Shown: positions 29,732 through 40,315 of the stretch, in pieces | How positions within the stretch are numbered: position 1 is the first letter of the stretch | Layout: every line of letters starts with the position of its first letter | DNA from: Promethearchaeota archaeon | GTDB lineage: Archaea > Asgardarchaeota > Lokiarchaeia > Sigyniarchaeales > SOKP01 | Reading direction: 5' to 3' | Assembly (NCBI GenBank): GCA_019058245.1 | Contig: JAHPZJ010000006.1 | Location: 32,001-96,000 of the forward strand | Length of the DNA: 64,000 nt | The notes under the pieces: model-generated | Database searches by the model: none | The model's input: only the letters and a program-made list of their open reading frames with translations | What the model was told of the DNA's origin: nothing | Made by a program: the position numbers and the translations under genes

Positions 29732-31624
29732 TTTTTCTTGATCAGACAATTTCTTTAACATTATGGGTGATATATTATCTATATAAAACTTTCTTTGCAA
29801 ATCCTTTAGACTTTTTCTCTGATTTTTAAGTATATTCAAGAAAAATTTAGGTACATTCTGTTCTTTTTCATACATTGTTTCAATACGGTCTAATTTTTCT
29901 AAAATTTTTTTAGGGCGTATAGAAAATTGTGCAATATAATCCTTTTCAGAATATTCCTTATCAAGATATTGTTTAAACAATATTTTTAAATCTGCATATT
30001 CTGGAATATAACCAATTGGTGTTTTGATAGCCTTAAAATCACCATTAACCCGCCCATCTGCCCAAATTACCCAACATAACTTATCTAAAATTCCATTTAA
30101 ATATTTTCCCTTCTCATTTTTAAGAAAATAATTTGTGGCAAATACTTTAGGGCAATGATCTAACCTGGCACCAAATTTTTGGTGGTTTTTTATATATTTT
30201 CCAAGTGGAACTACCATAAAATCTAAATTGGCCATAGGTTGTTGGGTTCTGACACCTTCAGCACCAAGAGTGGCAGACGTAGTTTCTGATTCAATTGAAG
30301 CACCTAAAAAAACCCCATGTTCCCAATTGAGACTTTCAATAACAGGGGGCATTGTATCACTATCTCGACCTCCATACAAAATACCATGGACAGGTACTCC
30401 GTTTGGATCATGGAGATTTGGATCTACATTATCTAATTCTTCAATACGAATTGTATACCGAGCATTTGGATGTGCAAGGGGAATTTCTATCCCATTTTCA
30501 TCCTTTTTTCCTTTTTTCCACCTACCTGAAAAATTGAATCCTTCATCTGGAATTGGTCTCCCATCCCCAATCCAATAAGGAGCTCCATCTTTGATAAGAA
30601 CATTTGAAAAAATTGTTTCTCGGGGAGTTGTTAATGCCCTAAAAATAACAGGATCGTCTTTAGCATTAACATCTTTAATAATTCCAAAAATACCGCTCTC
30701 AATGTTTACTGAATGAGCATAGCCATCCTCCCAAACTCGAAGATAAGCTATATCATCACCCACTATAGTTTGTCCTGGTAACATTGCAGTACTGGTTTTA
30801 CCACATGCAGAGGGAAATGCGCCACAGAAAAATGAGGTTCTATTTTTCCCTTTTGGATGAACTCCCATTATAAAATAATGCTCTGTTAGCCAATCCTCAT
30901 TATTAGCTTTATAAATTCCTAATCGTAGGGCGAGTTTTTTTAAGCCTAATGAATTTCCAGCATATTGATTATTTACCGAGAGTACACGTCCTTCTTTTAA
31001 ATCGATATAAATTCTTCTTTTATCAAGATTTTTAGTAACTGGTGGATTACCTGTTAATTCACCGGAAGAATGGATAAAATAGAAAAAATCATCAGAGTCA
31101 TTCAGTCTTTTAAATTCCTCATAACCAGTTCGATATAATAGGTCTTCACTATGTGCTACATAAAAAGAATCAGTTAATTGAAGTGCTAGAATTGAAAATT
31201 TCGAGTTTTTTGGTCCTAAACAGAAAAATCTTATTACACATTCATGACCATTCATACATCCATCCATTATTTCTAAGACTTCTTTCAACCCTTTTTCTCT
31301 TTCCATTGTATTTATCCAGGGATACAACTCCAATTCTTCTTTAGACACAAGTACTTGAGTATGTGCCTTGTCTCTAGCTTGATCATGATTAGTCATTGAA
31401 AAAAATCCATCATAATGAATAGTATGACCTTTTAGGTTTAATTTCTCTTCTTCCCCAAGTTCAATTGCTCTGTTTCTTACATAGTTAATATCTTCTTCTG
31501 AATCTGTTATGATAGTCACTTTAGAAGGTTTACATAATGTAATAAACTCATTTACGATTTTTAGGACATGACTATTATTAAGCGCTGTTAATTTATCAAG
31601 ATTTTTTTTATCGATAAGTTCCAT
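29723..31624 (-). CDS. pckG: Phosphoenolpyruvate carboxykinase (GTP)
   Basis: YAGNS, WLTEH, AFPSACGKT, VGDDI, HPNARY, GGRDS. Confidence 0.95.
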   Translation of the reverse strand: MELIDKKNLDKLTALNNSHVLKIVNEFITLCKPSKVTIITDSEEDINYVRNRAIELGEEEKLNLKGHTIHYDGFFSMTNHDQARDKAHTQVLVSKEELELYPWINTMEREKGLKEVLEIMDGCMNGHECVIRFFCLGPKNSKFSILALQLTDSFYVAHSEDLLYRTGYEEFKRLNDSDDFFYFIHSSGELTGNPPVTKNLDKRRIYIDLKEGRVLSVNNQYAGNSLGLKKLALRLGIYKANNEDWLTEHYFIMGVHPKGKNRTSFFCGAFPSACGKTSTAMLPGQTIVGDDIAYLRVWEDGYAHSVNIESGIFGIIKDVNAKDDPVIFRALTTPRETIFSNVLIKDGAPYWIGDGRPIPDEGFNFSGRWKKGKKDENGIEIPLAHPNARYTIRIEELDNVDPNLHDPNGVPVHGILYGGRDSDTMPPVIESLNWEHGVFLGASIESETTSATLGAEGVRTQQPMANLDFMVVPLGKYIKNHQKFGARLDHCPKVFATNYFLKNEKGKYLNGILDKLCWVIWADGRVNGDFKAIKTPIGYIPEYADLKILFKQYLDKEYSEKDYIAQFSIRPKKILEKLDRIETMYEKEQNVPKFFLNILKNQRKSLKDLQRKFYIDNISPIMLKKLSDQEKLD

Positions 31625-31976
31625 TTTAACTTATTTAGAGTCGTTTATAATAGAATTAATTGATACTGATTAAAGATGTTTATTAGAAAAGTACTAGCCT
31701 TTAATAATTTTACATTTTTTATACTTTCAGATTTCCAAGAAAATAATTTCACTAAAAGAAGAATAAATTAAGGAAATTATGGTATTTCTATATTGACACA
31801 TCAAAAAAAATTAAAAAAAGCTTTGAAATATAGTGTTTTTGAGGGAAAGACTTTGTCAGTTAGTAAATATTAAAAAATTTTTTACGGTAAGAACTCTAAG
31901 ATTTTTTGAGTTTTTAAGTCTTTAAAATAAAGAAAGTAATAATATTGAAAAAAAGAAATAAAAAAAATTTTTATAA

Positions 31977-33569
31977 CTATGGTAATCCTGCAGGTTTTGT
32001 ACCTTTACTACTTATAATTCTATCTACTCTCAAGATAAGATTTGCTAATTCCATACCCGATTTTACAATATGGTTAATTAATTCGGCGGGTTCGACTATT
32101 CCCTTTTTAAAATTATCTCCAATTGCATTAGTTATTGTATCAATTCCGATCCATTTATCTGCATCTGTTTTGTGAGCTGCTCTTAACTCAGTAAGTTTCT
32201 CAATCTCTTCTAACCCGGCATTCTTTATTAAAGTTTTAGGGATTTCTTCAAGTGCTAAGGCAAAAGCGTTTACAGCAAGTTGTTCTTTTCCACCAATTTC
32301 ATTTGCATAAGCTCTAATTCTTTTTGCAAGTTCAATATAGATTGCTCCTCCTCCTGCTACAACGGTTTTTGTGTCAAGTATTTTAGCAATAACGCTTAAT
32401 ACATCATTTAAAGAGACTTCAGCAGTACTAAGAATTTTATCAAGACCACCTTTGAGCAAAATAGAAACAGATTTAGGATTTTTACAGCCTGATAACAAAG
32501 TATATTCATCATCACCTAATTTTTCAAAAACTATTTTTTCAGCAAACCCTAAATCATTTTCTGAAAGAGACGCTATATCATCCACTAAATTTGCACCCAC
32601 AGCTTTCATAATCGATTTATAATCGCTTTCACCAACATTTTTAATGCCTGCTATCCCTTCTCTAGCCAAGTAAGCTCCAAATTTATCAGAAATATCACTA
32701 CTATTTACTATCATATTTACTCCTAAATCTTTAAAAATTTTTAAGTAATCTAATAATATTTTGTCTTCTTGATCTAGAAATTTTTGGATTTCAGAAGGAC
32801 TAGAAATTCGAACTTGCGCATCGAATTCAGTTTTCTTTACATCTAATTTTCTCCTAATAACTGCAATTTTAGCATCTTTTAATAGAGTAGGCATCATAGT
32901 ATTAACTTTTTCCTTTTGGATATAGACACCGTTGATTAATTCTGTTTCTCTAAGTGATTTTCCTGGTGCTTTGACAATTTTTACATTTCCTACTTTTCCA
33001 AATGTTTTTTCATCATCATCAGCAATGTGTTTAACAGCTTTAAGGGCTAAGTCTGCAAAAAAATCTTTTAGTGGAGCAATATCTTTAGCATTCATTGCTG
33101 TTTTAGCAGCATTTTTAAGAATCTCATTATCATCTCGGGAAATTTTTTCTGCAATCTCCTTCAAAATTTCTAGAGTCTTATCAGAAGCTAATTTATATCC
33201 ATGAGTAATAGGTTTGGGATGAATATCTTGTTCAATCAATTCTAACGCGTTATTTAATAAAGCTGCAGAAAATATTACTGCTGATGTCGTCCCATCACCA
33301 ATATCTTCATCAATAGATTTTGCAACATTAACCATCATATTTGCGGCAATATTTTCAATATCGAGATTTTTTAGTATCTCTGCTCCATCGTTGGTAATCG
33401 TTACATCTCCCATGGAGTCAACAAGCATTTTCGACATACCCTTTGGACCAAGAGTCGATCGTACTGTCTCCGCTATTGCAACCATCGCTGTGATGTTTTG
33501 TTTTCGAGCTTCTTTCTCACGCACTTCTTCTGTACCTTCTTTCAATATAATTATAGGAACATTGCTCAT
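31977..33569 (-). CDS. ths: Group II chaperonin (thermosome/CCT-like) subunit
   Basis: STLGPKGM.KM, ITNDG, GDGTT, AGGGA, LILRVD. Confidence 0.95.
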   Translation of the reverse strand: MSNVPIIILKEGTEEVREKEARKQNITAMVAIAETVRSTLGPKGMSKMLVDSMGDVTITNDGAEILKNLDIENIAANMMVNVAKSIDEDIGDGTTSAVIFSAALLNNALELIEQDIHPKPITHGYKLASDKTLEILKEIAEKISRDDNEILKNAAKTAMNAKDIAPLKDFFADLALKAVKHIADDDEKTFGKVGNVKIVKAPGKSLRETELINGVYIQKEKVNTMMPTLLKDAKIAVIRRKLDVKKTEFDAQVRISSPSEIQKFLDQEDKILLDYLKIFKDLGVNMIVNSSDISDKFGAYLAREGIAGIKNVGESDYKSIMKAVGANLVDDIASLSENDLGFAEKIVFEKLGDDEYTLLSGCKNPKSVSILLKGGLDKILSTAEVSLNDVLSVIAKILDTKTVVAGGGAIYIELAKRIRAYANEIGGKEQLAVNAFALALEEIPKTLIKNAGLEEIEKLTELRAAHKTDADKWIGIDTITNAIGDNFKKGIVEPAELINHIVKSGMELANLILRVDRIISSKGTKPAGLP

Positions 33570-33774
33570 TTTTCTACACTTTTATATAATTGTAAATTTG
33601 CTTATTCGTATTATTTAATGATCTCTAAATCACAAAAATTAAAAAAGTTTTCTTTATATCATTACAACCATCAATAGATATACAAGAATATATAAAAAAA
33701 TTAGGATCCATAGGAAAACAAAAAGAAGATAGTAAAGACTAGTGCTCTAATAGGAAATCTAATGAACTGCCTGA

Positions 33775-34248
33775 CTATTGAAACTCCACATAAGAACTAT
33801 TTTTGTATTCCTTTAAAATCATGTTAGAATTTGTTCTCGAAATATATTTTCTCTGATTTAACTTCCTAATAAAGTTATGTACATCTTCCGATTCCTTGAA
33901 TCTGCATATCAGAGCAGCAGATTGGTCACCAGTCGTGTGGAAAATGCTACACACTTCAGGGATTCTAGCAATTTCAGTCAAGATTTCTTCAGTAAATTTA
34001 CCATCACAGTCGATTCTTATCAAGAAGGATAATCTATAGCCAAGTTTTTCATTGCTTAGACGTAAAGTATATCCCTCGATTACCCCATTCTTCTTTAATT
34101 TCGAGATACGGTTATGTATAGTCCCAATTGAGATTCCTAATTTATCTTGAATCTCTCTGTAGCTTGTTCGAGCATCCTCTTGCAGTATTCTGAGAATATT
34201 TCTATCAATTTCATCGAGGATCTTCTCTTTTTTCATTTTATGAACCAA
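33775..34248 (-). CDS. Lrp/AsnC family transcriptional regulator
   Basis: LDEIDRNIL..LQEDAR.SY.EI...LGIS.GT.HNRI.KL...GVI. Confidence 0.92.
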   Translation of the reverse strand: MVHKMKKEKILDEIDRNILRILQEDARTSYREIQDKLGISIGTIHNRISKLKKNGVIEGYTLRLSNEKLGYRLSFLIRIDCDGKFTEEILTEIARIPEVCSIFHTTGDQSAALICRFKESEDVHNFIRKLNQRKYISRTNSNMILKEYKNSSYVEFQ

Positions 34249-34426
34249 CTTTAAAATAAAAGTATGATCAATATAATTTATTTTGAGAAATATATAAAAG
34301 TTTAGAAAAATCTAATTTTTATTGAAAATTTTTTAACTCAAATAACACATCGTTTTTTAAATTACGTTAAACGCCTTAAAATTTATTATCCTGTATATAT
34401 TTTTATTATCAGAAGATATAAAAAGA

Positions 34427-35539
34427 GTGAAAAAAAACATGGATGACGATTTTAAAATCGATCCTTGGGGTTCAACAACCTTGTTAGAGGATGATTATGA
34501 TAGGCTTATAAGAGAATTTGGGATAGAACAAATAACGGATTCTTTACGTCTAAAAATGCATAAAAATCGATTTATTAGAAGGAAAATTATCTTCGGTCAT
34601 CGAGATTTAGGTCTAATTTTTAAAGCTATAGAAAAAGGTCAACCATGGGCTGTGATGAGTGGAATAAAACCTTCTGGACCATATCATTTAGGAACCTCCA
34701 CTACTGCATTAGAAATCGTGGAATTTCAGAAAATGGGAGGTAAAGTCTATTATGGGATTGCAGATATTGAATCCTGGGAAGACAACGGTATACCATGGGA
34801 AGAAGCAGAAAAAACTGCTGTAGATAATATTGCTGACATATTAGCATTTGGATTAGATCCATCTCCAGATAAAGCTTATATTTGGAGACAATCAAAAGAA
34901 TCCATTGTCCAAGAAGTATGTTTTAAGGTGAGTCGGTTAGTTACACTAAATATGCTAAACGCTATTTATGGTGAGCGAACTTTTGGTCTTTATCTCGCCT
35001 CATTAATTCAAGTTGGCGATATTATTTTACCTCAAGTATTGGACGGTCCTCAACCAACAGTAGTCCCCGTAGGTATTGACCAAGATCCTCATTTGCGACT
35101 TACTAGAGATTTAACCCGTAGGAATTATAAGGGATTTTTCTTACCAGGTGCTACTTATCATTATTTATTAGCGGGAATTGATGGCTCTGAAAAAATGGCT
35201 AAAAGACATCCGAATAGTTATTTTACATTTAATGAACCATTAGAATCAATTGAAAGAAAAGTTAAAGGAGCACTTACTGGGGGTAGAAGAAATTTAAAAG
35301 AACAGAAGCAATTAGGTGGTGAGCCGCAGAAATGCATGATTTATAAAATACTTATGTATCATTTTGAAGAAGATGATGAAAAGTTAGCTAAAGACTTTGA
35401 AATGTGTGTGAAAGGAGAATTGATGTGTGGTGATCATAAACGTGAATGTGTTGAAAAAGTATTAAAATTTATAAAAGCTCATAAAGAAAAAAAAAAGAAA
35501 CTAATAGATAAAGCGCGAACTCTTTTAAATATTGAATAG
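34427..35539 (+). CDS. trpS: Tryptophanyl-tRNA synthetase (archaeal type)
   Basis: DPWG, FGHRD, SGIKPSG..HLG, PVGIDQDPH.RLTRD, A.TGGR, GG.P..C. Confidence 0.93.
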   Translation: MKKNMDDDFKIDPWGSTTLLEDDYDRLIREFGIEQITDSLRLKMHKNRFIRRKIIFGHRDLGLIFKAIEKGQPWAVMSGIKPSGPYHLGTSTTALEIVEFQKMGGKVYYGIADIESWEDNGIPWEEAEKTAVDNIADILAFGLDPSPDKAYIWRQSKESIVQEVCFKVSRLVTLNMLNAIYGERTFGLYLASLIQVGDIILPQVLDGPQPTVVPVGIDQDPHLRLTRDLTRRNYKGFFLPGATYHYLLAGIDGSEKMAKRHPNSYFTFNEPLESIERKVKGALTGGRRNLKEQKQLGGEPQKCMIYKILMYHFEEDDEKLAKDFEMCVKGELMCGDHKRECVEKVLKFIKAHKEKKKKLIDKARTLLNIE

Positions 35540-35716
35540 TATTATTTTATTCTTACTATCTTATTTCAAATTAATATATGGACTAAGTTAATAGGTCCAA
35601 AACAATCTTTACAAAAAATCGAATGTCAATTTTAGAATTTTTTCTATAAATAGAAAAATTTAAGGGTCCTTAATATTTAAAAAAGAAATTGGATTAAATA
35701 AAATCGTGTATTTCTT

Positions 35717-36739
35717 ATGGAGCAGATAATCTCACGATGTGGTAACTTATGTTCTGAATGCCCTTGGTCTATTTACATACGAAAAAAAATTGCTAAAGAA
35801 GATTGGGAGGATTATTCTAAAGAGGTTAAAAAATATCTTGGATTTAAACCAGTCAAGTATGAATGGGAAGGTTGTGTAGGGTGTTTAACTCCAAATGAAG
35901 AATTACCAAAAGACCCTTTTTATAATTTCTTGAAAAAATGTCGTACAAGAAAATGTGGAAATTATAATGAAGTTAATAATTGTGCCTATTGTGGAAGGTT
36001 CCCTTGTGCAAATACCGTGGCAAGCAATAATTTCACAAGAGAAAAAATATCTGAAAAAATAGGAAGCATTATTGATGACGAGACCTATGAAGGCTATATT
36101 AAAATGTTTGACGCTATGACAAATCTTAAAAAAATCCGCAGTAGTTTGAAAGACAATGAAATTAAAAATCCTAAAACTATTTCTAAAAAAACTGATATTA
36201 TCAAATTAAAAGGGGAATTTAAGAATAAAAATTATAGAAGAATATATGAGAAATTAATTGAAATTGCGAATTCTAATTTAGGTATTATTGGAATTGATAC
36301 CATTTCAGGTTATGAACAATATTTGTTGAGAAAAGATATTCTATGGAAATTTATATGGATTTTCGGATTATATGGAAATATTAAAGATAAGGAACTAATA
36401 ATTGATAGTATTACTTTGTATGAAAATCGAAAACCTGTTAGCCTTCCAAAAAATGAAGAGGAATGGAAATTATATTTTGACATTTTAACCCAATTTGGAA
36501 TATTTAGCGAACTTGAAATAAAAACTAATAAATTATATACTCCTACAGGCTATATGCGATTTAAAGTACCCCAAACTAATAAACCCGCCTATATAATTAA
36601 AATGAAAGTTAATCCCAATCTTCAGGAACCCCAGTTTTTTAAGATATTGAATGAAATCACATCTGAATTGCAAATTACAACAGGTAAACGTGCGTTCACA
36701 TACTTTAAAAATTTAAATTTCCACTCGCTTCTAAAATAA
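35717..36739 (+). CDS. DUF3795-like Cys-rich domain protein with C-terminal extension
   Basis: CGNLCSECP, CVGC, CRTRKC, CAYCGRFPC. Confidence 0.75.
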   Translation: MEQIISRCGNLCSECPWSIYIRKKIAKEDWEDYSKEVKKYLGFKPVKYEWEGCVGCLTPNEELPKDPFYNFLKKCRTRKCGNYNEVNNCAYCGRFPCANTVASNNFTREKISEKIGSIIDDETYEGYIKMFDAMTNLKKIRSSLKDNEIKNPKTISKKTDIIKLKGEFKNKNYRRIYEKLIEIANSNLGIIGIDTISGYEQYLLRKDILWKFIWIFGLYGNIKDKELIIDSITLYENRKPVSLPKNEEEWKLYFDILTQFGIFSELEIKTNKLYTPTGYMRFKVPQTNKPAYIIKMKVNPNLQEPQFFKILNEITSELQITTGKRAFTYFKNLNFHSLLK

Positions 36740-36774
36740 ACATTGATTTAAATGCAGTTTTGTTAGCAGCTTAT

Positions 36775-37698
36775 TTACATTAGTTGACTTAATATTTTTT
36801 TCATATCATCAAGAAAATTAGGGAATTTCTCAAAGAAATTTGTTTTTTGATCCGCCTTAAGTAAGGCAGATACAAAAAATGTCTCAGATTTTATACTGAA
36901 TTTTAGTAAATATGAAAAAAGCATCCCTTCAGATGAGGTGAAATCAAAATTTCCTTCATATTTTTCCTCTTCCATCCGCTTGAGTAAAAAGAGATGTTCC
37001 TTAATAGATTCTATTAACTCAATATATACATCAGGTTTAATATCATTATAATATTCAGAAATAATAATACCATTATGATCAAATATTATTAGAGCTTGAT
37101 TCTTAAAGAGATCTATATAGTATTCCAAAAGTTCACTTAGTTCAAAAAATTTTTTATCGAATACTGATAATCCGTATGAGACTAACTGAACAATAGAGAT
37201 TATGTCATATATCGACGACTGCTGAAAAAGTATATTGAATTCAGAATATTCATCCAAAATTTTTTCTCTTAGTTCTTCAATATTTGCCAGAATTTCTTCA
37301 TTAGCTTTTAACTCAGGATCAAATTTATGAAACGTAATGATTATTGGAACTTCCATTTTACTTTCGGAAAAAAAGGTTAAAATTGAATTTAAATATCCAA
37401 GTGAGTCATCAAATCGTTCTGGATCTTGAATATCAATGACATAGATAAGTAAATCAGTAGAATCAAAGTAGACATCCTGAAAGTTAACATAAATCTCACG
37501 ATAAGCTTCCTGACCTCCCATATCCCAGTATATGCAGTTGTTTCTTAAAAAGTTCATCTTATGATATTCCACTCTAATAGTGGGTTTAAGTTGGACAATA
37601 TCCTTTTCGAAATCATATTTTTTGTCCAAAGCTGTTAAGATAGATGTCTTCCCTGCATTATCAAGACCACTTACAATAATTTTTAATAATGATTCCAT
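36775..37698 (-). CDS. Arf/Rag-like small GTPase with C-terminal roadblock/longin-like domain
   Basis: GLDNAGKTS, PT, WDMGGQ, HKFD (Rag-type G4), SSIYD (Rag-type G5); about 125-aa C-terminal alpha/beta domain (IIFDHNGIII). Confidence 0.85.
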   Translation of the reverse strand: MESLLKIIVSGLDNAGKTSILTALDKKYDFEKDIVQLKPTIRVEYHKMNFLRNNCIYWDMGGQEAYREIYVNFQDVYFDSTDLLIYVIDIQDPERFDDSLGYLNSILTFFSESKMEVPIIITFHKFDPELKANEEILANIEELREKILDEYSEFNILFQQSSIYDIISIVQLVSYGLSVFDKKFFELSELLEYYIDLFKNQALIIFDHNGIIISEYYNDIKPDVYIELIESIKEHLFLLKRMEEEKYEGNFDFTSSEGMLFSYLLKFSIKSETFFVSALLKADQKTNFFEKFPNFLDDMKKILSQLM

Positions 37699-38014
37699 TG
37701 AGGCTAACTCATATTTATTTAAGGTATTTATTGAATGTAATAAAATAATAGATCTACTTAAATTTAAACTTCTGTGAATACAAAATTGGGATTTTTATTT
37801 TTTTGAAAGATATTAATATGGATATTGATCGTTATATTATTGAGATCTTATCTAAATATTACTCCTATGTTCTTAATTTTTATAACTTGAGAGAATCTCC
37901 AAAAATTAAAGTAAATTTAGAGTAATTTCGATGACATTTATATGATATTCATATTTTTTAAAGTGAATAATCTCATTTTACTCAATAAATTAATTCATAA
38001 AAGAGGTTAATGTT

Positions 38015-38245
38015 TTGACTGAGGTAGAAAGTAAATTTTTGGAAAATTTAGAGTATCAAATTAGTCTGAAAGAAGAAAGTTATCAAACCTTCAAAAAAAT
38101 TCCTGTTTTTACTGAACAGGTAAAACAATTCGATAAATCTGTTATGAACCTAACTGAAAAATTTGATAAAATACGTTTACGAGATAAATATCAGATAATA
38201 ATCACAGAATTAGACAATTTGATAAAAAATTCTAAAGCAAAATAA
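38015..38245 (+). CDS. Hypothetical protein (76 aa)
   Basis: GAGGT SD before a TTG start, T-run after the stop. Confidence 0.6.
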   Translation: MTEVESKFLENLEYQISLKEESYQTFKKIPVFTEQVKQFDKSVMNLTEKFDKIRLRDKYQIIITELDNLIKNSKAK

Positions 38246-38281
38246 TTTTTTTTTCCTATTTTTTTAATATATTGAAAAAGG

Positions 38282-38704
38282 CTAATCGCCTATGATCATG
38301 CAATAAATTTTCCGATGTCTTCCCTTTTCATCGCATTCTATAAAAATGATTTGTTGCCAAGTCCCTAAAATTAGAGATTGATTTTTAAATGGAAAAACTT
38401 GAGATGTTTTAATCAAAAAGCTTCTTAAATGTCCTGCTCCGTTGTAGTCATGCCAGGTTTTGTGATGCGCATAATCTTGCTTATAAGGTATCAGATTTTC
38501 CAATAAGTCGGGGATATCATTTTTTACTAATCCGGGTTCATATTCAATGGTCGATATTGCCCCAGTAGAACCTGCCACATGGATATTTACAATTCCATCG
38601 ATTATACCACTGCTGTTTATACATTGTTGCACTTGTTCAGTTATATTGATGACATCACAATAAGCTTTTGTTTTTAGTTCAAAAGTTTTTAATACAGTTG
38701 TCAT
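38282..38704 (-). CDS. yjbQ: YjbQ/UPF0047 family protein
   Basis: GST......EYEPGL..D, Y.H, NG..H, LGTWQ.I...E.D. Confidence 0.9.
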   Translation of the reverse strand: MTTVLKTFELKTKAYCDVINITEQVQQCINSSGIIDGIVNIHVAGSTGAISTIEYEPGLVKNDIPDLLENLIPYKQDYAHHKTWHDYNGAGHLRSFLIKTSQVFPFKNQSLILGTWQQIIFIECDEKGRHRKIYCMIIGD

Positions 38705-38710
38705 TTTTCG

Positions 38711-39754
38711 TTATTTACCTTTATCACAGATATTAATTTTATTAATTTGGTTTAATAAAGATTTTGGGAGATTATTTTCATTAGCTTCCTTTAAAGCAAT
38801 TATTTTGGAGAGGATGAGAAGTTCAATTTGATCAAATGCTTTGATATTTGTCCACCCATTTGATTCTCCTGCTTCAATACAAATGAAAAATGGCGCTTTT
38901 TTCAATTTCAAACACTTAGTCTCTTTACAATTTTCACATTTTTTGGGAAAATAATATACGTTTCCATTTCCCCTTAGATAAATTGAAAAAGTACCAAAAT
39001 TTTTATTTTTAATTTTAATCCAATTAGGGGGTTCAAATATTATATCCAACTTTAAATTTAAAATATAATCTATGAGTTTTTCTGTATTGATTTTATGAAT
39101 ATCCTCAGTATTGCGAGTTTCAGGTTCGAAATAATCATTACATTCATCAGAAATGTTAGATTGAAAGAAAAGTAAATTCAGGGGTATAAAATCAATGTAA
39201 TAAACATTTTCTAATTCTTTATATCTCTCTTTTTTTAGGAAATTAGAACAAATTTGATCTAAAATATCTGAAGGTTTAGATATTTCTTTAATTTGTATAT
39301 TGTATGATTCTATTTTTGATTTAAAATCTTTAACTGATAAATATTGATAAATAATTTCATCTTTAGTTAATTGCTCAAGAATGATGCAAAAAACTACCAT
39401 AATTGAGGGTAATCTTGCTTGAATTTCATCAAAGTAATGTAAAATTTGATCTATTTTTTTTTCTGAGATAAGTATTATAATCGCTTCAGCACCATTGTAA
39501 AAAATTGTGCGTAGATAAGCTCTTTGTTGTCTGCAATCAATATTCCATAAAAGAAATTCAAATATATCATTTTCTCGAAATGAAAAATCAATTTTACTAA
39601 TATTTACTCCAATATTCTGCTTGTTTTCTATAGGTAAGGCATTAGAACTCAATTCTTTTTGAAACTCATCTTTATAATGTTCCATCCCTCCTAAAATGCA
39701 AACTTTTTTTTTCATTATTTTTTTTTCATAGAGTGGAGAATCTAAAGAACTCAT
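38711..39754 (-). CDS. Degenerate Rab/Ras-like (pseudo-)GTPase with C-terminal Cys-rich domain
   Basis: KKVCILG, IGVN, FLLWNI, LRTIFYNGAEAIII retain the Rab scaffold; GKT/S, DxxG and NKxD are absent; CENCKETKC in the tail. Confidence 0.65.
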   Translation of the reverse strand: MSSLDSPLYEKKIMKKKVCILGGMEHYKDEFQKELSSNALPIENKQNIGVNISKIDFSFRENDIFEFLLWNIDCRQQRAYLRTIFYNGAEAIIILISEKKIDQILHYFDEIQARLPSIMVVFCIILEQLTKDEIIYQYLSVKDFKSKIESYNIQIKEISKPSDILDQICSNFLKKERYKELENVYYIDFIPLNLLFFQSNISDECNDYFEPETRNTEDIHKINTEKLIDYILNLKLDIIFEPPNWIKIKNKNFGTFSIYLRGNGNVYYFPKKCENCKETKCLKLKKAPFFICIEAGESNGWTNIKAFDQIELLILSKIIALKEANENNLPKSLLNQINKINICDKGK

Positions 39755-39790
39755 CTTGCCATCGTTTAAATTATAAAGAAGATAAGCTAT

Positions 39791-39824
39791 TTCTATTAAA
39801 TAATAAATTCTATTAAATAATAAA
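39791..39824. repeat. Exact 17-bp tandem duplication (TTCTATTAAATAATAAA x2)
   Basis: Read directly in the divergent intergenic region. Confidence 0.8.
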
Positions 39825-39892
39825 TTTATTTATGTATTTTTATTTTAATTTAACTATCTAGATTTCAACAATATTGACTATTTGAATAAATT

Positions 39893-40315
39893 ATGAGTAA
39901 AAGGTTACAGGAATTTTATAAAAAGATACACGATCCTAAAAATAAAATCCCAGAATATGCGAGTATAATCATTAGACCAGGTAAAAAACTTCTTGATTTT
40001 AAAATTAAAAAAGAAGAAGATAACATATTGAAAATAATTGCTCATGAAGAAAAGTCCTCAGGATGGTTTCAACATTCTGTTCATATTCCATTAAAAAATC
40101 TAGGGCTTTCTTATGATGCAAAGAATAAAGAGATATTAGAGTATTTATCAGAACCATCTAAAATCACAAGTAGCAAACAAACTAAGGATTTTGTTGAAGA
40201 TATTATAAGAAAATATCTAGATATTCTGCCAGAGAAGAAAAAACATTTTTTTAAAACTGAGAGATTTAAGAAAAAGAAAGAGTTCAAAACTGGTGCTCAG
40301 TTGAAAGGATTTTAA
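39893..40315 (+). CDS. Hypothetical basic protein (140 aa)
   Basis: Clean ORF, no motif recognised. Confidence 0.7.
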   Translation: MSKRLQEFYKKIHDPKNKIPEYASIIIRPGKKLLDFKIKKEEDNILKIIAHEEKSSGWFQHSVHIPLKNLGLSYDAKNKEILEYLSEPSKITSSKQTKDFVEDIIRKYLDILPEKKKHFFKTERFKKKKEFKTGAQLKGF

